Assembly (NCBI GenBank): GCA_965116885.1
Contig: OZ220741.1
Span: 4,384,001-4,448,000 of the forward strand
Length of the DNA stretch: 64,000 nt
Direction: 5' to 3'
Source: Candidatus Latescibacterota bacterium
GTDB taxonomy: Bacteria > Latescibacterota > UBA2968
In this document: positions 9,605-19,851 of the stretch, in pieces
Position numbering within the stretch: position 1 is the stretch's first letter
How the letters are laid out: each line of letters opens with the position of its first letter
Position numbers and translations under genes: made by a program
The notes under the pieces: generated by a model
The model's input: only the letters and a program-made list of their open reading frames with translations
The model's database searches: none
What the model was told of the DNA's origin: nothing

Positions 9605-11091
9605 CGTTTGAACCTGTACATAAAGAATCGAATGCCTACCAGAATCGCACTGCCAATGCCGGCCAGCACATACCCTTCCATACTCCCGATACCGCGCATG
9701 AAGAATCGCGCCGCGACCACGAATAGTAGAATCAGCACCACGGCGAACGTGAGATCGATCTGCGCTCGCGCGCCGGTGTGGGACACATCTCGCACCGCGG
9801 ATCGAGTTACCGCCGGTTCTTTGCGAAGCCGCTCCACAATCTCAATAATGGCGCGCGGATTACCAGCACTCTGTTGTAATACGCGAGTCTCGGTCATGGC
9901 GTAGTCTTCTATGTCGGCGCCCGCGGCGCACTGGCGGATGAGTTTTTTCGCGTCCGCAGTAGATAGGTGCTCTATTTCTACGCGGTCGAACTTCCAGAAG
10001 TATTTCTCGTAAGGCTTCCGGACTTCTGGTAGCGCAGCGATAATGGTAAACTTGCGGTTGAGTTTGTCGATCAATCGCCCGACGGAGGCGGTCATATCCG
10101 ACAGGTCATCCACGATCAACACGAACTCATTTTTCTTCACCGAGCCGAGCACCATATCTGTCCAGCCCTGAATGCTCGTGCGGGTGTGTTGCTTTTTGAT
10201 CGTTTTAAAGTTGTCTGGACCATCCGGACATAGCCTTCCGATTTTGTGCAACCCCTCCGCAATATTTATCAGGTTCTCTTTCACTGGTGAAAGCGTCTTT
10301 ACCTTCAGCGCGTTCTCTGCGTTGAGCAACGCGAGTAAATGACTTTTGCCCACGCCAATCGGGCCAAGCAATAGTGTGTCAATACCCTTGCTCAAGTTGT
10401 CTGTGAGTTGGCACAATTCCTCATCGCGTCCCACTGTCTTTCCCATCTCGACTCTCGACCGCGCAAAAAATCTGTAATTGCGATTCTTCTGGCGCGACCA
10501 CCACCGCGACAACCGCGACCTGCGATCAATGCGATCAACAGAACGCCGCTTTTGCTCTTCACTAACAGAGATGTAGATGGAGGCTGTCTCAATGGACGCA
10601 TGCCCCATCAAGTCCTTGATCCGCTCGACCGGCACATCCCGATCTGCCAGGTCAGTGCCGAAGGTATGCCTGAGCATGTGCGGATGGACGTGGCGGATCC
10701 CCGCGCGCTGCGCGCAGGTCTTCATGGCCGCCCACACAGTCTTGCGGCTGAGTTGCTGTCCGTTGCGGAGATTGTAAAAGACGTATTCAGAATCCGAAAA
10801 CCGACGGGACTCCAGCCATTCTCGGAGCACATCCTGCACCTCGGGGTTCATCGGGACAACGCGCTCTTTGCCACGCTTATCCGCAAAGCGAAGGCTCGGT
10901 GTGTCCGTTGACCAGTGGATATTGTCAACCGTGAGTGAACACGCTTCGGAAACGCGCAGACCACACATCGAGAGCACGGCGATCAGCGCGCGATCACGCG
11001 AATTCATGCGTACAGATTTGAGTGCTTCAAGCTCGTGTTGCGCGAGCGCTTTTGGTACTGCTGGACGGGTTGCGAGTGACTGGTGAACCAG
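9601..11091 (-). CDS. Tyrosine recombinase catalytic domain fused to a P-loop ATPase and two C-terminal TM helices
   Basis: GLRVSE, KRGKERVVP, HPHMLRH, LMGH, TASIY catalytic set; Walker A GPIGVGKS; Walker B LIVDD; GNPR motif; hydrophobic C-terminus. Frame is open upstream of the ATG at 11007 to a CTG at 11091 preceded by AGGAGG. Confidence 0.88.
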   Translation of the reverse strand: MVHQSLATRPAVPKALAQHELEALKSVRMNSRDRALIAVLSMCGLRVSEACSLTVDNIHWSTDTPSLRFADKRGKERVVPMNPEVQDVLREWLESRRFSDSEYVFYNLRNGQQLSRKTVWAAMKTCAQRAGIRHVHPHMLRHTFGTDLADRDVPVERIKDLMGHASIETASIYISVSEEQKRRSVDRIDRRSRLSRWWSRQKNRNYRFFARSRVEMGKTVGRDEELCQLTDNLSKGIDTLLLGPIGVGKSHLLALLNAENALKVKTLSPVKENLINIAEGLHKIGRLCPDGPDNFKTIKKQHTRTSIQGWTDMVLGSVKKNEFVLIVDDLSDMTASVGRLIDKLNRKFTIIAALPEVRKPYEKYFWKFDRVEIEHLSTADAKKLIRQCAAGADIEDYAMTETRVLQQSAGNPRAIIEIVERLRKEPAVTRSAVRDVSHTGARAQIDLTFAVVLILLFVVAARFFMRGIGSMEGYVLAGIGSAILVGIRFFMYRFKR

Positions 11092-11144
11092 GGGAATGCC
11101 CTCCTGAATGGGTTTGGAACTGAAACTTCGTGCCCTTTAAATAG

Positions 11145-11274
11145 TGCAAAAATCGTGCCAAACAAGCCGAAAAACCCGTAAGTGCTTGCAGGAGAGCGTA
11201 TTTTTAAAAAACGCCCAAAAACGGACATGCCGAAAACTGTTTCAAATGAAACAGTTGGTGTGTCATATGACACA
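11145..11274 (-). promoter_or_regulatory. sigma54 promoter with IHF-like site and two palindromic upstream activator sites
   Basis: TTGGCACGATTTTTGCA (11145-11161, minus strand); CAAGCACTTA IHF-like site near 11180; palindromes TGTTTCAAATGAAACA (11238-11253) and TGTGTCATATGACACA (11259-11274). Confidence 0.85.
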
Positions 11275-11403
11275 GTTGGGATAGGAATGAGGCAGGGGGA
11301 TTACAGAGGAAATCACACAAAAAATGCCCTGAAGAACACGGGGCATTTTGGAGGGTAGTTATGATATTGGTGCTCTGATGAGCACTATATTGGAAATGTC
11401 GCG

Positions 11404-11690
11404 AGCGACCAGAGCGATCAGTATCTATCCCTCACATTTGGAAAGCGTTGTCGTGAAGCTGGCAGGCGCCCCTCAATGGGGTCTATAGGCGATTGCTATG
11501 ACAACGTGATGGGCGAAAACTTCTTCTCTACCCTTGAATGTGAGTTAATCAATCGCCATTGTCTCCTTACACCAAGGAAGCACAGTTGAACATCTTCGAA
11601 TACACTGGGGTGTGGTATAATCCGCATCGCAGGCATTCTTCCATCGCCTGCGATGCGCCGATGACTTATGAAAAACTGCATCTATCACAG
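11404..11690 (+). pseudogene. IS3-family transposase integrase-core remnant
   Basis: Reads SDQSDQYLSLTFGKRCREAGRRPSMGSIGDCYDNVMGENFFSTLECELINRH, then frameshifted YNPHRRHS-like sequence; boundaries approximate. Confidence 0.8.
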
Positions 11691-11864
11691 GCTTGATACA
11701 GCTTGCCGTATAGAATCTCTGGATTAAACCATTCCAGAGCAGACTATTACGGCACATGCTTCGCAAGCCATTGGTGCGCGCGATCACCTTGCTCACGTTT
11801 TTCTTCGCGCGAAGGTATCCAGCTCATGCCGGACAGTCTCACTGGACAGCTCAGCCGCGCCCTA

Positions 11865-12887
11865 TCACTGTTTTCCCAGAGAACGGCCGTTCACATAGGT
11901 TTCTGTTTCGGTGGTCCCGTCCAATCCACGCCAGATCCAATGTCCGTGCCTTTTCCCACCCACATAAGAGCCTTCCCCTTGTCCACCTGGATAAGGCTCG
12001 ATCCACTGGCCCTGCTTCTTGCCATCGACATAAGCGCCACCCCCTACGCTACCATCAGATTCATGAGTGACCCATTTTCCGTGTTTCTTGCCAGCGACAT
12101 AAGCACCTTCCGCTTGTTTTGGGCTATAGATGTCCGGCCAACGCTCGACCCACAGGCCGTGCCGCTTGCTATTCACATAGGGTCCTTTCTGTTCCGTAAT
12201 GCCTCCAGTCAGAGTCGATATACGATCGGTCCACAGACCTTGCCGATAGCCGTTCTGGAGATATCCCATGGCTTCTTCTCTTCTTTCGTCCCAGCGATCT
12301 TCATATGGGTTGTAACTGTAATTTCGGAGGCGTGTTCCCGCCCCCTGTGCAAAGCCATCGGAACACACGCCAGACCAGGTCACGGTCTCGTCTTTCTGCA
12401 GGTTCGGGTTCCAGACGTAGCATTCAGGCTGGTCGGTCAACGCCATCCAACAACGGGAGCCTACAGGCTTTCCTTCACACATATTCTCAGGCGTGACCTG
12501 AAGCCCCCCAAGCTCCTTCTCAAGCTCCTCCTCAATCTCCTCAATCTCGATCAACAACGCCAATGCCTCCTTGTAAAACTCACGCCCTCTCCCTGCTGAC
12601 AGATATTTGCTCACCGCGTCAAGCGCGATCTGAATTGAGCCTACTGAAAAGGCAATCTGTGCATATTTGAAGTGGAATTCATCCAGCAACGTGATATTGT
12701 GTTCTTTCTGCAGCGCGAGGATCTTGTCCATCATATTGAGCGCAGCCACATAGTCTTTTCTCTCAAATAACTGTTCTGCCTGCACCAGATATTTATCCGC
12801 GATGACCTCTGGCGGTAGTTGAGCGGATGCAATCGTAAAGAATCCCAGTGAAAATAGAACAAAAATACTTCTGATCACGTTCTGCAT
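11865..12887 (-). CDS. Secreted protein: shared QLPPE/TPR-like N-terminal module, Cys-rich domain and MORN-like repeats
   Basis: Signal peptide MQNVIRS...FFTIASA; repeats of G.YV.GK(K/R)HG.W; paralog of 38681..39847. Confidence 0.85.
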   Translation of the reverse strand: MQNVIRSIFVLFSLGFFTIASAQLPPEVIADKYLVQAEQLFERKDYVAALNMMDKILALQKEHNITLLDEFHFKYAQIAFSVGSIQIALDAVSKYLSAGRGREFYKEALALLIEIEEIEEELEKELGGLQVTPENMCEGKPVGSRCWMALTDQPECYVWNPNLQKDETVTWSGVCSDGFAQGAGTRLRNYSYNPYEDRWDERREEAMGYLQNGYRQGLWTDRISTLTGGITEQKGPYVNSKRHGLWVERWPDIYSPKQAEGAYVAGKKHGKWVTHESDGSVGGGAYVDGKKQGQWIEPYPGGQGEGSYVGGKRHGHWIWRGLDGTTETETYVNGRSLGKQ

Positions 12888-13003
12888 TGTGTCTTTCCTA
12901 TCATCAATTTTCGCCCTATCGCTGCTCAAAGAATTTTCTCTGGACTTCAGATATTTCCACTGTAAATATGCACGTCTTGCACCAAAACGGGAGAAACCCA
13001 ACA

Positions 13004-13744
13004 TTACGGATACATTAATTCTATATTTAATCGCAATTCCTTATCTAAGGAATCACCAAACATCCACTTATCCTCACAAAATATTCGCAATAGGTTTTGA
13101 AGATGCTTTGGTATCGGATCGCCTTCAATACTTAGAATATCCTCAATATCGGCACAGTCTGATGGATCGATAGTAAACCTATATGGCGTGATAGATGATG
13201 AAAAGGGAGCTTTCAATAAATCAAATTTCCTGCATGAATCAGAATCGCGCCAATCAGCAGGTGCGATGGCAAAACCATCCTGACGGATCCATCGATGCTT
13301 TAAACCGCCATCGTCAAGCTGATGAGTCAAAAAAAAATGATCAATTATGATTGCTTTATTTGACATGGTTTTACAATCCAGTTTGTAGATGACCGCCTCT
13401 TGACCCGGCTTAGCATTAAGGAGAGCAAAGAATATCGCTACTTCAAGTTTTGCAGACAGATCAATCAATGGGGTGGGCCATCCGTAGTGCTGGAGTACTG
13501 CAATTCCGTCTAGCGGACCTATACTGTAACCACGTAAGCCCTTGCCGATTTCTTTGGCATAACGGCACGTCGTGTAGGCTTGTCCAATCCGCAGTTTTTC
13601 ACACGCTGGGATACGTGCGAAGCGCGATTTTACACTCGAGTAAATTTGTGATTGTCCACGAAACAAGAATCGTGGTTTTCCTGATGGTAGCATTTCTTTT
13701 TCTAGAGACTCGAGTTGAGTTCTGATTGATGCGAGCTGTGTCAT
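13004..13744 (-). CDS. FRG domain protein
   Basis: LFRGQ, LQHYGWPTPLIDLS, VAIFFA, RWIRQDGF motifs; RBS AAGGAG. Confidence 0.85.
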   Translation of the reverse strand: MTQLASIRTQLESLEKEMLPSGKPRFLFRGQSQIYSSVKSRFARIPACEKLRIGQAYTTCRYAKEIGKGLRGYSIGPLDGIAVLQHYGWPTPLIDLSAKLEVAIFFALLNAKPGQEAVIYKLDCKTMSNKAIIIDHFFLTHQLDDGGLKHRWIRQDGFAIAPADWRDSDSCRKFDLLKAPFSSSITPYRFTIDPSDCADIEDILSIEGDPIPKHLQNLLRIFCEDKWMFGDSLDKELRLNIELMYP

Positions 13745-13759
13745 AGTATTCTTCTCCTT

Positions 13760-13818
13760 GGGTTAAGTCCAAAAAATTCTGTAAAAAGGTAACCTCGTGA
13801 TATGGAGTTGCCCCGCTT
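13760..13818. mobile_element. IS256-type end remnant joined to an IS3-type terminal repeat remnant
   Basis: gggttaagtccaaaaaattctgtaaaaaggtaacctcgtgatat resembles the IS256 end at 47011; tggagttgccccgctt resembles the motifs at 43027 and 23707. Confidence 0.65.
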
Positions 13819-13988
13819 AGAGAGTAGGCTATTACGGCACATGTCTTGTAAGTTGTTGGCGCGTGGTAGGCGATTGAAGAATGCCTGCGATGCCGTGCCT
13901 GCGCCGTCGTGCGGCAGAGGGATTATATTACCAACCTTTCAAAATCACCACCTCCTTTCTCGCCTATAAAAAAATAAAGAATCAGGAG

Positions 13989-16763
13989 CTAAAAAGACCG
14001 GACAACTCGAAAACCGATGTAGAAGTTCCGGCTCTCGGCGGTGTTCTGGAAGCGACTCGCCGAACGCAAGCCACTCGGTTCTTTGCCCCACGAACCACCA
14101 CGAACCACGCGCCTATAACAGTTGCCGCTCTCCCACGCAGAACCGTCAGCAGGCGCCCCCCGGTAATTGTCGTTCCAACAATCTTGCACCCACTCCCACA
14201 CATTGCCGTGCATGTCGTAAAGACCCCATCTGTTGGCACTAAACGAGCCTTCTGGGGCTGTCTTCACTGCATCCCACTGACTGCCGCAACCATCGCAATT
14301 GGCGCGGTTGCGACCAATGTCGTTACCCCAACTATACATCGTCGTTGAGCCAGCACGGGCAGCATACTCCCACTCCGACTCACTCGGCAAGCGATAGTTC
14401 TTCCCTGTCTGAGACGATAGCCAATGCGTATAGGCCACCGCATCATCCCAATAAACATTGATCACTGGACGCCTACCCCTGCCCCAGCCTTCGTCGTCCG
14501 CTCGCTCGCGTCCCGTCGCATCTGTGAAGGCATCGTACTCCTCGAATGTCACCTCGTACTTAGACATTTCGAACGATGCTATACGCACACTATGCACAGG
14601 CTTCTCCCGGTCATAGCAGTCTATACCCGACACGCAACCCATTTGAAAACTCCCCGCTGGAATCACCACCATCTCCGGCATTGGAAAACTTGGGATACGC
14701 AGTTTCACTGTTTCCACGATGAGTCGCGCTTTCGATCCGGCACCACCCCGATGCCGCCAGACCTGCGTTTCCGTGTTCTCTCCGGTAACGCGAATCTCGC
14801 CCGTATTTGCATCTCTGTGGCTACAGTGGTCTCCCTTGTATCCCGTACCGTTGAGCGCTGTCAGTTCCACCTGGTAGGTCTCCCCCCCACGAACCTCTAT
14901 AGCCTGGCAGTCCCACTCATTGAAGATCTCTCCGGAAAATACGGTCCGTCCTTCCACATCAACGCGGATCTCATCCCCATCTTCGCACTCGTGGTCTCGC
15001 ACGCAAATCTCAAGACTCCCTGTCGCACCTCTGATTTTCATCGGGAAGTCCCGAAGCCCCTGATCGCCGGTGACGGTCAGGCACCCATCCAGTGACATAT
15101 CATCACGCGCGGTACGCATCATCTGTGCATCGCTATAGACAGAGCCATCAGCAGCGGCAGAAAGCTCAATTTCTGAACCTGGGCGAACTTCGATCTCGAA
15201 TCGCCCCTCAACATCCGTCGTTGCCTTAGAACGCCCGACATAGTCTTTCCCGTGCGCTGTCACCTCTGCATTTTTGACCGGCTTCCCCTGCTGATCCTGG
15301 ACGCATCCCGTCATCGTAATCGACTCATATAGCACGTCCGCATTCCACGTCGAAAAATGTCCCACGCTTCCCGTATAGGCCCACTTCCCATCTGCGGTCC
15401 TCTCCAGCATTGCTGTGCCTTCCTCAACCCAATAACCCGTCGCATCCGACCAGTAATACAACGGGATTGATTTGGGAGCATCTTCAGGCCGTCGTCCAGA
15501 GGCCAGAGGGATCGAGATACGCGCCTGTTTCCCGCTGGCGAGATTCAGCCGATTGCCATTTCCACCCGTAAATTCCACATTCATCGCACCGAAGGACTCA
15601 ATAGGCTCGGCCTCGCCTGTATCCGCATTCCACTGTTCCATATCGCCCGGCATCACCGAGGGATCTTTCGACGCATCCAGCACTGTTACCCTCGCAGTCG
15701 CCTGTCCGGACGCAACACCTCCGCTGTCTGTCATCAGGACATTGGCAGACAGCGAGACAACCGTTTGACCATCCACCTGTATCGCGGCATTGTTTTCCGG
15801 CAGGAAGGACTGCGTCACCTGCACCGGTATCATGGATAGGTCAGCCGTTCTCCTCGATCCATCAGAGACATCAACAATGATCGATTGGGGCGCGAAGCCT
15901 GTGGCATTTGCAGTGACGGTCAACCTGCCCGGCTTGACCCGCACTTGAACAGTATATTTGCCATCTCTGCGCGTTCTTGCAGTGCCCACCTTTTGAGAGA
16001 TGTCACCCTGATATTGGCGAACGGTAATGGCGGCTCCTGAGATGCCCCTGTACGTCGCATGGTTCTTGATGGTTCCGGACAAAAGAATCCCCAGTACCGT
16101 TCCGGACTGGGGATTTTCCTGTCGTCCATATGTTGCGATCTTCACCATCACTTTATCTGTTGCCGTTGCATTGTCGTCATCCGTGACACGCAAACGAAAC
16201 GTCAGGGTAACGCCGCCCTCGACTTTGGGTGCAACAAAGGACACAGAGGCTTGATTCTCGTTTGAAAGCGACACGGAAGGACCAGCGATCTGCTCCCAAT
16301 GATAGGTCTCAACCGCGCCGTCCGGATCCGATGCACTGCCGCGAAGCCTCACCCTGTCGCCCACATTAACCGTCTGATCGGAACCGGCTTGTGCATTGGG
16401 CGGCTGGTTGAGCTTGCCCACGATCGTCACGGCCACTTGATCGGTTGCCGTTGCATTGTTGTCATCTACGACGGTCAGGCGAAACGCCAATATCTGGGAA
16501 CCTTTGACTCTGGGTGCGACAAAGGACGCAGATGCCTGATTCTCGTTTGAGAGCGACACAGGAGGTCCGGCGATTTGCTCCCAGCGATAGGACTCAATCG
16601 CGCCGTCCGGATCCGATGCACTGCCGAAGAGCCTCACCCTGTCGCCCACATTAACCGTCTGATTGGAACCGACCTGTACATTGGGCGGCTGATTTGACTC
16701 ACAGCCTGCGAACAGGACAACCAGTGCAAGCAATATGAACGTGATCAATTTGTTGTGTGTCAT
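13989..16763 (-). CDS. Lipoprotein with two PKD-like repeats, carboxypeptidase-regulatory-like domains and a C-terminal FGE-sulfatase domain
   Basis: Lipobox LFAGC; two NQPPN...GSASDPDG..Y.WEQIAGP repeats; HFSTWNAD motif; FGE motifs at the C-terminus; start revised to MTHNKL. Confidence 0.85.
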   Translation of the reverse strand: MTHNKLITFILLALVVLFAGCESNQPPNVQVGSNQTVNVGDRVRLFGSASDPDGAIESYRWEQIAGPPVSLSNENQASASFVAPRVKGSQILAFRLTVVDDNNATATDQVAVTIVGKLNQPPNAQAGSDQTVNVGDRVRLRGSASDPDGAVETYHWEQIAGPSVSLSNENQASVSFVAPKVEGGVTLTFRLRVTDDDNATATDKVMVKIATYGRQENPQSGTVLGILLSGTIKNHATYRGISGAAITVRQYQGDISQKVGTARTRRDGKYTVQVRVKPGRLTVTANATGFAPQSIIVDVSDGSRRTADLSMIPVQVTQSFLPENNAAIQVDGQTVVSLSANVLMTDSGGVASGQATARVTVLDASKDPSVMPGDMEQWNADTGEAEPIESFGAMNVEFTGGNGNRLNLASGKQARISIPLASGRRPEDAPKSIPLYYWSDATGYWVEEGTAMLERTADGKWAYTGSVGHFSTWNADVLYESITMTGCVQDQQGKPVKNAEVTAHGKDYVGRSKATTDVEGRFEIEVRPGSEIELSAAADGSVYSDAQMMRTARDDMSLDGCLTVTGDQGLRDFPMKIRGATGSLEICVRDHECEDGDEIRVDVEGRTVFSGEIFNEWDCQAIEVRGGETYQVELTALNGTGYKGDHCSHRDANTGEIRVTGENTETQVWRHRGGAGSKARLIVETVKLRIPSFPMPEMVVIPAGSFQMGCVSGIDCYDREKPVHSVRIASFEMSKYEVTFEEYDAFTDATGRERADDEGWGRGRRPVINVYWDDAVAYTHWLSSQTGKNYRLPSESEWEYAARAGSTTMYSWGNDIGRNRANCDGCGSQWDAVKTAPEGSFSANRWGLYDMHGNVWEWVQDCWNDNYRGAPADGSAWESGNCYRRVVRGGSWGKEPSGLRSASRFQNTAESRNFYIGFRVVRSF

Positions 16764-16876
16764 TTTACTCCCACCCATAGAGGCTGTAAATGTGTGAGCA
16801 GACGGCTTACACATCTCCAGTCAATTTGGGTTAAAACTGAGGGATGATTGTAATCTGCCTGAGGCATACCGCACAC

Positions 16877-19741
16877 CTATCCCGAGCAATTCGAGCCTGC
16901 GGCATCTGTAATACCCTGAAGCCACGCCTGAAAGGCCGCATCAAGCGGCGCACATAGCCCTGTGTTATGAAAGTAAAATTGCTTCAGCTTTGTCAGCCCG
17001 GGCAGGCTTTGGGGAAGCGCACCCATCAAGGATGCGTTATCCTGGAGCCACAGAGTCTCAAGATTAGACAGGTTACCCAATTCTACTGGAATCTCATCAC
17101 TCAACTGATTGTTGCTAAGATCCAATGTCGTAAGATTGGACAGGTTACCCAATTCTACTGGAATCTCATCACTCAACTGATTGCTGTGAAGAGACAGTAT
17201 CGTAAGATTAGACAGGTTGCCCAACTCTGGTGGAATCTGACCTTCTAACTGATTGTCGCCGAGGTCCAGGGTAGTGAGACTGGACAGATTGCCCAATTCT
17301 GGTGGAAGCTCGCCACTCAACTGATTGCCCCAAAGATGCAATTGCGTGAGATTGGAAAGGGCGAACAATTCGGAGGGGATTGCAGTCAGTTGATTCCCTG
17401 CCAGACCGAGCCAACTGAGCGCGGTCAGGTCATCAAAGAAACCATCGGGCAAGCTACTGAGTTGATTCCCTTCCAGGCTGAGCGTTGTCAGACCAGTCAG
17501 ACCAGAAAAATCGCCAGACTTCAATTCTGTGAGGTTTGCATCATCCAAAATAAGAGAATTTATTGCAGATAGATGCTCCGCGGTCACATCGCCGCAAGCA
17601 CTTACAGGCACTTGTGCCACAATCCTGTCGCGCACGGCAGGCGTGCGGTCACATACCGGCACCCCTAACTCTACGCCACAATTCGAGCCATTGTGATCTG
17701 TAATACCCTGAAGCCACGTCTGAAAGGCGGCCTCAAGTGGCGCGCATAGCCCTGTGTTATGAAAGTAAAATCGCTTCAACTTTGTCAGCCCGGTCAGGCT
17801 TTGGGGAATCGCACCCGTCAAGGACGCATTATCTTCGAGCCTCAGAGACTCCAGATCGGAGAGTTTACCCAATTCTACCGGAACCCTACCACTCAACCGA
17901 TTGCCTTGAAGCGTTAGTACTATAAGGTTAGAAAGATTGCCCAATGCTTTGGGTATCTCACCACTCAACTGACTACGGTTAAGACCCAGAACCTCAAGAT
18001 TGGACAGGTTACCCAATTCTTTTGGAATCTCGCCACCCAACTGATTGTTGCCGAGGTCCAGGGTAGTGAGACTGGACAGATTGCCCAATTCTTTGGGAAT
18101 CTCACCTTCCAGTTGATTAGTATGAAGCCATAGGCCCTCAAGGTTAGACAGATTGCCCAATGCTGGTGGAATCTCGCCAACCAACTGATTGTCGCGAAGA
18201 CTCAGTGATATAAGATTAGACAGATTGCCCAATGCTGGTGGAATTGCACCTTCCAACTGATTGTTGTAAAGAACCAGTACCTTAAGATTAGACAGATTGC
18301 CCAATGCTGGTGGAATTGCACCTTCCAGTTGATTAGTATGAAGCCATAGGCCCTCAAGGTTAGACAGATTACCCAATTCTGTTGGAATCTCACCACTTAA
18401 CTGAGTGTCGTTAAGCCATAGTTCCGTAAGGTCAGATAGATCGCCCAATTCTGGTGGAATCGCACCTTCCAGTTGATTAGTACTAAGCCATAGGCCCTCA
18501 AGGTTAGAAAGGTTACCCAATGCTGGTGGAATTGCACCATCCAACCGATTGTTGTAAAGAGCCAGATGCGTGAGGTTAGACAGATTGCCCAATTCTGGTG
18601 GAATTGCACCTTCCAACTGATTGTTGTAAAGAACCAGATGCGTGAGGTTAGACAGATTGCCCAATGCTTTGGGAATCTCACCACTCAACTGAGTGTCGTT
18701 AAGCCATAGTTCCGTAAGGTTAGACAGATTGCCCAATGCTTTGGGAATCTCACCACTCAACTGAGTGTTGTTAAGCCATAGTTCCGTAAGGTCAGATAGA
18801 TCGCCCAATTCTTTTGGTATCTCGCCACCTAACCGATTTCTTTCAATATCCAGTACCCTGAGATTGGACAGATTACCCAATTCTTTTGGGATTCCACCAT
18901 CCAACCGATTGTTGTAAAGAACCAGATGCGTGAGGTTAGACAGGTTGCCCAATGCTGTTGGAATCTCGCCATCCAACCGATTGCCCCAAAGCCATAGTTC
19001 CGTAAGGTTGGATAGGCTACCCAATTCTTTGGGAATCGCACCACCCAACCGATTGTCGCTAAGACTCAGGAATGTAAGATTAGACAGGTTGCCCAATTCT
19101 TTTGGAATCTCGCCACCCAACAGATTACGGGTAAGACTCAGGAACGTAAGGTTAGAAAGGGCGAATAACTCTGAGGGGATTGCAGTCAGTCGATTAACTC
19201 CCATATCGAGCCAACTAAGCGCGGTCAGATCATCAAAAAAACCATCGGGCAGGCTACTGAGTCGATTCTCTCGCAGGTTGAGCTTTGTCAGACCAATCAG
19301 ACCAGATAAATCCCCGGCCTTCAACTCTGTGAGACGTGCACCAGATAGACTCAGAGAATCTATTGCTGATAGATGTGCCGCTGTCACATCCCCACAAGTG
19401 CTTACAGGCACCAATGCCACAATTGAGTCACGCACGGCAGGCGTGCGGTCACATACCGGCACCACTACTGCCTGTGACGGCACTTCTTTGCCAAACAAAT
19501 CGACAAATATCAAAAAGTCAGGAATACCTATCACACCATTGCCATCCAGATCATATTTGGTTTGATAGGTCCCATCACCACGACTTGATCCAAACTGCTC
19601 CACAAATAACAAAAAGTCGGGAATACCTACCACACCATCTCCATCAAAGTCCGCAGAACGTGTCGTATTCGCAGAAGCATTCCACACACACACCAGCACT
19701 GCAAGAGCGACAACATTCATAAACACCCATCTCTTTTTCAA
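16877..19741 (-). CDS. Secreted plant-type (24 aa) LRR protein with N-terminal dockerin/EF-hand-like pair
   Basis: Signal peptide; DFDGDG..DF and DLDGNG..DF motifs; two arrays of LxxLxLxxNxLxGxIPxxLGNLSN repeats with Cys caps; TTG start with AGGAGG. Confidence 0.92.
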   Translation of the reverse strand: MKKRWVFMNVVALAVLVCVWNASANTTRSADFDGDGVVGIPDFLLFVEQFGSSRGDGTYQTKYDLDGNGVIGIPDFLIFVDLFGKEVPSQAVVVPVCDRTPAVRDSIVALVPVSTCGDVTAAHLSAIDSLSLSGARLTELKAGDLSGLIGLTKLNLRENRLSSLPDGFFDDLTALSWLDMGVNRLTAIPSELFALSNLTFLSLTRNLLGGEIPKELGNLSNLTFLSLSDNRLGGAIPKELGSLSNLTELWLWGNRLDGEIPTALGNLSNLTHLVLYNNRLDGGIPKELGNLSNLRVLDIERNRLGGEIPKELGDLSDLTELWLNNTQLSGEIPKALGNLSNLTELWLNDTQLSGEIPKALGNLSNLTHLVLYNNQLEGAIPPELGNLSNLTHLALYNNRLDGAIPPALGNLSNLEGLWLSTNQLEGAIPPELGDLSDLTELWLNDTQLSGEIPTELGNLSNLEGLWLHTNQLEGAIPPALGNLSNLKVLVLYNNQLEGAIPPALGNLSNLISLSLRDNQLVGEIPPALGNLSNLEGLWLHTNQLEGEIPKELGNLSSLTTLDLGNNQLGGEIPKELGNLSNLEVLGLNRSQLSGEIPKALGNLSNLIVLTLQGNRLSGRVPVELGKLSDLESLRLEDNASLTGAIPQSLTGLTKLKRFYFHNTGLCAPLEAAFQTWLQGITDHNGSNCGVELGVPVCDRTPAVRDRIVAQVPVSACGDVTAEHLSAINSLILDDANLTELKSGDFSGLTGLTTLSLEGNQLSSLPDGFFDDLTALSWLGLAGNQLTAIPSELFALSNLTQLHLWGNQLSGELPPELGNLSSLTTLDLGDNQLEGQIPPELGNLSNLTILSLHSNQLSDEIPVELGNLSNLTTLDLSNNQLSDEIPVELGNLSNLETLWLQDNASLMGALPQSLPGLTKLKQFYFHNTGLCAPLDAAFQAWLQGITDAAGSNCSG

Positions 19742-19851
19742 TTCTAACCTCCTTCAATAGATGTGACCCCAAACAGGAACAAGTCTCAAAAATTCTGTCA
19801 AAAGGTAGCCCCGTGATAGAGGTGGTGGTTTTATGTCAAGGTATTTATAAA

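Noticed and set aside
11703..12599. Long antisense ORFs (for example 11703..12599, 19972..20832, 38684..39415, 53248..54153)
   Set aside because: They are shadows of well-supported genes on the opposite strand and have no recognisable motifs.
7375..14200. Diversity-generating retroelement targeting the two FGE/C-type-lectin C-termini
   Set aside because: I found no AAY-rich template repeat and no DGR reverse transcriptase in the window. The two C-termini differ at synonymous non-A positions too. Remote targeting from elsewhere in the genome cannot be excluded.
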